A stretch of DNA of 64,000 nt, from the NCBI GenBank assembly GCA_963796685.1, contig CAWCMR010000006.1:96001-160000 (forward strand), written 5' to 3'. How positions within the stretch are numbered: position 1 is the stretch's first letter; the number at the start of each line of letters is the position of its first letter. Origin of the DNA: an uncultured delta proteobacterium. GTDB taxonomy: Bacteria; Myxococcota_A; Polyangia; Fen-1088. The translations under genes were made by a program, and so were the position numbers. The notes beneath the pieces are model-generated. The model was not told the origin of the DNA, did no database searches, and was given only the letters and a program-made list of their open reading frames with translations. Below are positions 59,605 through 64,000 of this stretch, one piece after another.

Positions 59605-61290
59605 ACCAGTCTGCGAAACCTTGTGCCGCCGAATGGCCTCTTCCACGGACAGAAATACTTGCTGGGCTCCGACTGTTTCAAGAAGACCCGTTCGCCCGGC
59701 AGCCCGGCTTGCACGTTTGGATTCGAGCCGCGCCAGCGCCACATCGATGCTGCGGCTCCGCAGATCGTCGATCGCCTTTTGCAACAACTGGGAACCGGTG
59801 AAGTCCACGTCGATCACGCCGCTCGACTCGATGACGACCAGTCGACAGGGCGATGGCAACTGCGTGATCGCATGCATCATCTTGCCGATGAGGTAATGGG
59901 CGTTCATGAAATTGACCGGGGCTGCGAGCGCGAAGACGAGGACGCCGGGCTCGCTCTCGGCGGGCTTGCCCTTTTCCCTGGTCCACCAAACGGTGGTTCC
60001 CGGCACGCGTGCCAGATCCGTGCAATGGGGACGGGCGATGACGTAAACGCTGTGCAGGAGCGAGAGCACGATGCTCATGCTGACGCCGATGGCTATCGGC
60101 ATCATGACCACCAGCACCCCGCTCGCGACGACCAGGAGAATCTCCCACGGGCTGCGCTCGTAGATGCGTCTCATCACCGGAAGGTGAAAGATGCGTATGC
60201 CGATGAAGACGAGCACGCCGCCCAATGCGGCGCGCGGAATATACGCGAACGCATGCGCGGCCAGCAATACCAGGGCCGCGACCATGACCATCGCCAACAG
60301 GCTGGACATTTGCGACCTTCCGCCGGACTCGGCCACCACGGCCGTGCGGGGTGGGCTCAAGTTGACGGCAAAGGAGCCAAGCAGCGTTGCCAAGATACAG
60401 CCGACTCCCACGGCGGCGAAGTCGCGGTCGACGGTACCATCGGCGCCCGAGTCGGACGAGAATGATTGCGCGACGGCAGCCGTCTGAATCATGCACACCA
60501 GCGCGACAAGGAGCGACAGCGGCAACAGACGGGTGAACTCGCTCCAGCTCGGAAGCGCGAAGGTGCTCGCGGGCAACGCAATGGGCAGCGCACCCAGTAC
60601 CCCGACCCCGTGGCGTTCCAGGTTGAATTGCCAGACCAGGAAGCCACTGAGCACGAGCGCGATGAGCGCACCCGGGATGCGCCGATTCACCCGCTCGGAA
60701 ATCAGACACAGGACAAGGACTCCGCACCCGACCGATACGGAATACGGATTGGCCTGGGAGAGCTGCCGGGCGAGCTCGCCGATCTCGTGCAACGGATTGC
60801 CTCGCGAGCTGGTGACGCCCAGGATGGTGGGCAATTGCCCGACGATGATGTGAAGCGAAATGCCAGCGAGAAACCCCGTGGTCACCGGAATGGACAGCAG
60901 ATCCGCAACCCAGCCCAGGCGCAGGGGACTGCCGAGCAACAGGACGACGCCGATGAGCAGCGCCAGCACCGCGACGAGGCTGGCATAGTGGGGAGTGCCA
61001 ATTCCAGCCATGCTTGCCAGCGTGGCCGCCATGATGGGCGCGATGGTCGAGTCGGCCCCCACCGACATGAGACGGTTGTTTCCGAAGGCCGCGAAGGCGA
61101 ACGAACCTGCCGCGAAGGCCCACAGCCCACTCATGGGTGGCATCCCCACGAGCCGCGCCGTGGCGATCTGCTCCGGAATGGCGATCGAGGCAAGGGTCAT
61201 GGCGGCGATGGCATCGCCCGACAGCCACGAAGCGTTGAGCCCGCGTAGCGAGGCAAAGAGCCATCTACTCCGTTCGCTCGATTCAACCAC
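59584..61290 (-). CDS. SulP-family anion transporter with STAS domain
   Basis: '[13 protein letters not shown]', 'GADSTIAP', 'GGRSQ', STAS 'IDVDFTG'. Confidence 0.9.
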   Translation of the reverse strand: MVESSERSRWLFASLRGLNASWLSGDAIAAMTLASIAIPEQIATARLVGMPPMSGLWAFAAGSFAFAAFGNNRLMSVGADSTIAPIMAATLASMAGIGTPHYASLVAVLALLIGVVLLLGSPLRLGWVADLLSIPVTTGFLAGISLHIIVGQLPTILGVTSSRGNPLHEIGELARQLSQANPYSVSVGCGVLVLCLISERVNRRIPGALIALVLSGFLVWQFNLERHGVGVLGALPIALPASTFALPSWSEFTRLLPLSLLVALVCMIQTAAVAQSFSSDSGADGTVDRDFAAVGVGCILATLLGSFAVNLSPPRTAVVAESGGRSQMSSLLAMVMVAALVLLAAHAFAYIPRAALGGVLVFIGIRIFHLPVMRRIYERSPWEILLVVASGVLVVMMPIAIGVSMSIVLSLLHSVYVIARPHCTDLARVPGTTVWWTREKGKPAESEPGVLVFALAAPVNFMNAHYLIGKMMHAITQLPSPCRLVVIESSGVIDVDFTGSQLLQKAIDDLRSRSIDVALARLESKRASRAAGRTGLLETVGAQQVFLSVEEAIRRHKVSQTGSSPPLR

Positions 61291-61512
61291 GGGGCTCGAG
61301 CCTCGCGGTTCGCTCCAACCGGACTCCCGAGCCCTTCCTCTGGGTCCAGCTATTCATGGTGTGCGGGCGCATGCCTGGCATCTCCAGTGTAGACGCCCCG
61401 GTCGCCCGCGTATAGCCGATTCGGTTGTCCCCCTGATCCCACGGTCAGGGCGACGCCGCAGACGGCCCAGGATCCGCCCGAACGGCGACGCGGAGACGTT
61501 CACCAGGGGTTG

Positions 61513-62145
61513 CTAGGCCTTGGGTAACGTGATGAGCAATTCTTGGCCTTGGTGCTCGACCTTCATCTGCTCGGCCTTCACTGGCGTGGGAAGCTGAATG
61601 GTTTGCGCATACTGGCCCCATTCCGTGACATTGACCTTCCCATTCTTCTCGGTGGAGGTCTCGGTGCTCTTGTTGTCCACTTCGACCTTCAACGTCTGCT
61701 TGTTGAGCATGCTGACGTCGATATCCGAGGCCTTCGCGTTGGGCAAAAAGGCGTGCACTTCGTAGTGATCCTTCAGATCCTGCACGTTGAGCGACAGCGA
61801 GTAGCCCGGGTTATCCGGAAAGACGCTGAGCTTGGGTTCCTTGTGGAACTGCGCGGACATGTTGTTGAACATCTGGTCCAAGTGCAACTGCATGTCGCGC
61901 AATGCCTGGAATGGATTCCATTGAGCGGAGCCGGTGGGCTTCGTTTCGTGGGTGGATGCGGACGCCTGTGCCTTCGGCGAGGACTTCATCCCGGCCACGG
62001 CGGTGGAGCTTTCGAACAGGTACTTGGTTGCCACTCCCCCGACCACTAGGCCGATCACCAAGGTGATGATGGCGACGACGGAGGTTCTTGCGCTGGACGA
62101 CTTCTTGCTCTTGGTCTCGGTTGCCTTGGGATCTTCAGCACGCAT
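61513..62145 (-). CDS. Hsp20/alpha-crystallin-domain protein with N-terminal transmembrane anchor
   Basis: TM 'VVAIITLVIGLVVGGVA'; 'WNPFQALRDMQ'; alpha-crystallin domain 'YEVHAFLP...WGQYAQTIQLP...LLITLPK'. Confidence 0.75.
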   Translation of the reverse strand: MRAEDPKATETKSKKSSSARTSVVAIITLVIGLVVGGVATKYLFESSTAVAGMKSSPKAQASASTHETKPTGSAQWNPFQALRDMQLHLDQMFNNMSAQFHKEPKLSVFPDNPGYSLSLNVQDLKDHYEVHAFLPNAKASDIDVSMLNKQTLKVEVDNKSTETSTEKNGKVNVTEWGQYAQTIQLPTPVKAEQMKVEHQGQELLITLPKA

Positions 62146-62271
62146 GGTCTTCCTCCCTTTCTGCTTGCAGCCCGATGCAGGATGGACCCTCTTTCCATCT
62201 ACTTGTCTCAGATGCGGCCCTTTGCAAAAGGTTCCGCTTGGGGGGGGCAGGAAGCGGACGCCCCCGCCGTC

Positions 62272-63696
62272 TCACTCGCCTGCCGAAGCTCTCATCTCGG
62301 GAGCGGGTTTGGCGAGGTGCTGCTCGGCCGAAGGCACGATAGGAAGCCAAAACGTGAAACGCGAGCCGCGCCCCGTGTCGGACTCCACGGCCACCCTTCC
62401 TCCGCGCGCGTCCAGAATCCGGCGCACGGTCGCCAGGCCGATTCCCGTGCCCGGTGCCTTGCAGTGCTCGACGCGAAAGAAGGGTTCGAAGATCTTGTCA
62501 TGCAGGTCTTTCGCGATTCCGGGCCCCGTATCTTCCACATCGATTCGGCACAGCCGTCCATCTTCATGCGCCGAAACGCGAACCCGCCGCTCCTTTTGCC
62601 CATCCAGATACTTGACCGCGTTCCCGCACAAATTGGCGAGAACGATGTGGAGCAAGCCCGGACTGCAGCGAAGATGTACGTCCGGGATCTCTCCGATTTC
62701 GACCGCCACGTCGAGCCGGGCGGCCATCGCCGCGATCGCATCGTGGACGCTCTTCACGGCTGGTGCGAGCGCCGCCGCCTCGTGCTCGGCCCGGTGACTG
62801 GCGCGCGAGAAGGCGAGGAGGGCATCCAAGATGGCGATCGCCCGGCGCGAGCAGCGCTCGATACGATCCGCAATCTGGAGTGCGCGATCGGGCATCCCCT
62901 GCAACTTTCGCAGCATGAACGGTGCTGCCACGATGGGCGCGAGCGCGTTCCGCAGATCGTGGGCTACCCGACCCGCGAAGGCGTCGAGATCGTCGTTGCG
63001 CTCCTCGGTCTCGCGGGCGTAACCCGTGATCCGTTTCTCGTAGTCGAGAATGCGCCGGCCGCCCCACGTCCAGAAAAGCAGGAGCACGAGGAACCCGGCG
63101 ATGGCTGCCGACCACTGCACGATTTCGGTACGATGTTGCAACCCGGCGATTCGCGCCATCGCGTCGCGGGCACCGGCAAGATTGAGCTGCATGAGCTCGA
63201 CGAGCCGACCGTCGAGGTCCATGTGGTCGCGCTGAACCGCGCCCAAAAGCTGCCTGGCCTCGGCATCTCGATCGTTCCGCGACCGATCCAACACCGTCGC
63301 AATCTCGCGATGGACTCGGGCCTCGATGCTCTGGGCTTGCTGCCAGATTTCCGCTTCGTGAGGAAGATCGATGAGCGGCGCATAGGCTTTCTCATGTCGC
63401 TGGATCTGCGCGGCCAGCTTGGCGAGCTGGCTCTCGGTCTCGGCGACGGTCACCCGATCCTTGTCCAAGAGGTAGTTGTTCACGAGCAGGCGCTCTTCAT
63501 CGACATCGTGGGCGATGCGTGTCACCTGCTCGACGCTGGCGAGCGAGGTCGAGTAGAGATTGCCGGCAAGGGTGCGGGAGCTTCGCGTGAGCAGGGTTGC
63601 CAGTCCCTCCTCCACGAGAAACACAGCAGCAACCACCCCAAGCCCAAACAGCAACCTGCGCTGACTCTGCCCACCAGCTAAGCCCTGTGGTCTCAT
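62272..63696 (-). CDS. Membrane sensor histidine kinase (four-helix periplasmic sensor)
   Basis: Two TMs; H-box 'AHDLRNAL', N-box 'NLCGNAVKY', 'DTGPGI', 'GTGIGL'. Confidence 0.92.
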   Translation of the reverse strand: MRPQGLAGGQSQRRLLFGLGVVAAVFLVEEGLATLLTRSSRTLAGNLYSTSLASVEQVTRIAHDVDEERLLVNNYLLDKDRVTVAETESQLAKLAAQIQRHEKAYAPLIDLPHEAEIWQQAQSIEARVHREIATVLDRSRNDRDAEARQLLGAVQRDHMDLDGRLVELMQLNLAGARDAMARIAGLQHRTEIVQWSAAIAGFLVLLLFWTWGGRRILDYEKRITGYARETEERNDDLDAFAGRVAHDLRNALAPIVAAPFMLRKLQGMPDRALQIADRIERCSRRAIAILDALLAFSRASHRAEHEAAALAPAVKSVHDAIAAMAARLDVAVEIGEIPDVHLRCSPGLLHIVLANLCGNAVKYLDGQKERRVRVSAHEDGRLCRIDVEDTGPGIAKDLHDKIFEPFFRVEHCKAPGTGIGLATVRRILDARGGRVAVESDTGRGSRFTFWLPIVPSAEQHLAKPAPEMRASAGE

Positions 63697-63749
63697 CGAA
63701 GTCGGCAGAACTTCTACCTAATCGTGGGGACAAGTCAAGGTGGTCAAGG

Positions 63750-64000
63750 TCAGGTGAAGACACTCTTGCGCGCGGTTTCGCAGATGGCGAGCACCGCGGG
63801 ATGTCGAATCTTTCGCTCGACCGAAATCGCATAGAAGCTTTGCGCCAGGCTCGCGTTGCGTCCCACGACTTGCACGTTGTAGCGCTGTTGGATGTCCTTG
63901 ACGACCACGTCGGGAGTGGCGAATACGCCGATTCCGGCCTCGCCGAGCTCTCTGACCAAGGCAGCGTCATCCAGCTCGGCGACGACGTTGGGCCTCACGC
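63750..64000 (-). CDS. nhaR: LysR-family regulator NhaR-like, C-terminal part only
   Basis: 'VAELDDAAL', 'FYAISVERKIRHPAVLAI'. Confidence 0.75.
   Translation of the reverse strand, partial: VRPNVVAELDDAALVRELGEAGIGVFATPDVVVKDIQQRYNVQVVGRNASLAQSFYAISVERKIRHPAVLAICETARKSVFT

Noticed and set aside
1-64000. Many long antisense or alternate-frame ORFs (e.g. 8916-10595, 43108-45063, 57061-59214, 59678-61264, 62182-63681)
   Set aside because: They shadow well-supported genes, are Arg/Pro/Ala-rich without motifs, and are expected in high-GC DNA
1-64000. CRISPR array, tRNA, rRNA, integrase/transposase, reverse transcriptase
   Set aside because: No regularly spaced repeats or recognisable motifs were seen by eye; short RNAs could be missed

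Overview
GC-rich bacterial chromosomal DNA, most likely Myxococcota (MYXO-CTERM tails, a GltD/AgmU-like TPR protein, a eukaryote-like kinase and Gly/Ser-linker lipoproteins; the taxon is inferred). Left to right: a urea ABC operon (urtBCDE) convergent with a triuret-hydrolase-type cysteine hydrolase plus permease; two MinD/ParA-type ATPases divergent from a membrane pseudokinase; a tail-specific protease preceded by a ~150 bp five-hairpin MITE-like element; an orphan gltD-like gene; pstSCAB-phoU with a Pho box; surface glycoside hydrolases (GH3, GH54-like, GH16); a ~4 kb mosaic patch (yefM-yoeB, a diverged duplicate of the RND gene 3' end, several gene remnants, two orphan lipoproteins); TolC-MFP-RND with FmdB and a CDF transporter; a DUF134/NifX/TsaA/ferredoxin cluster; CHAD-SixA, an M16 peptidase, USP, Pal, PtsI, a site-2 protease, zwf, SulP, a membrane-anchored Hsp20, a sensor kinase and a partial nhaR. 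Four otherwise intact genes carry single-base insertions beside AGCT/GATC, probably sequencing artefacts. I saw no rRNA, tRNA, CRISPR array or integrase. All family calls come from remembered motifs, not database searches.
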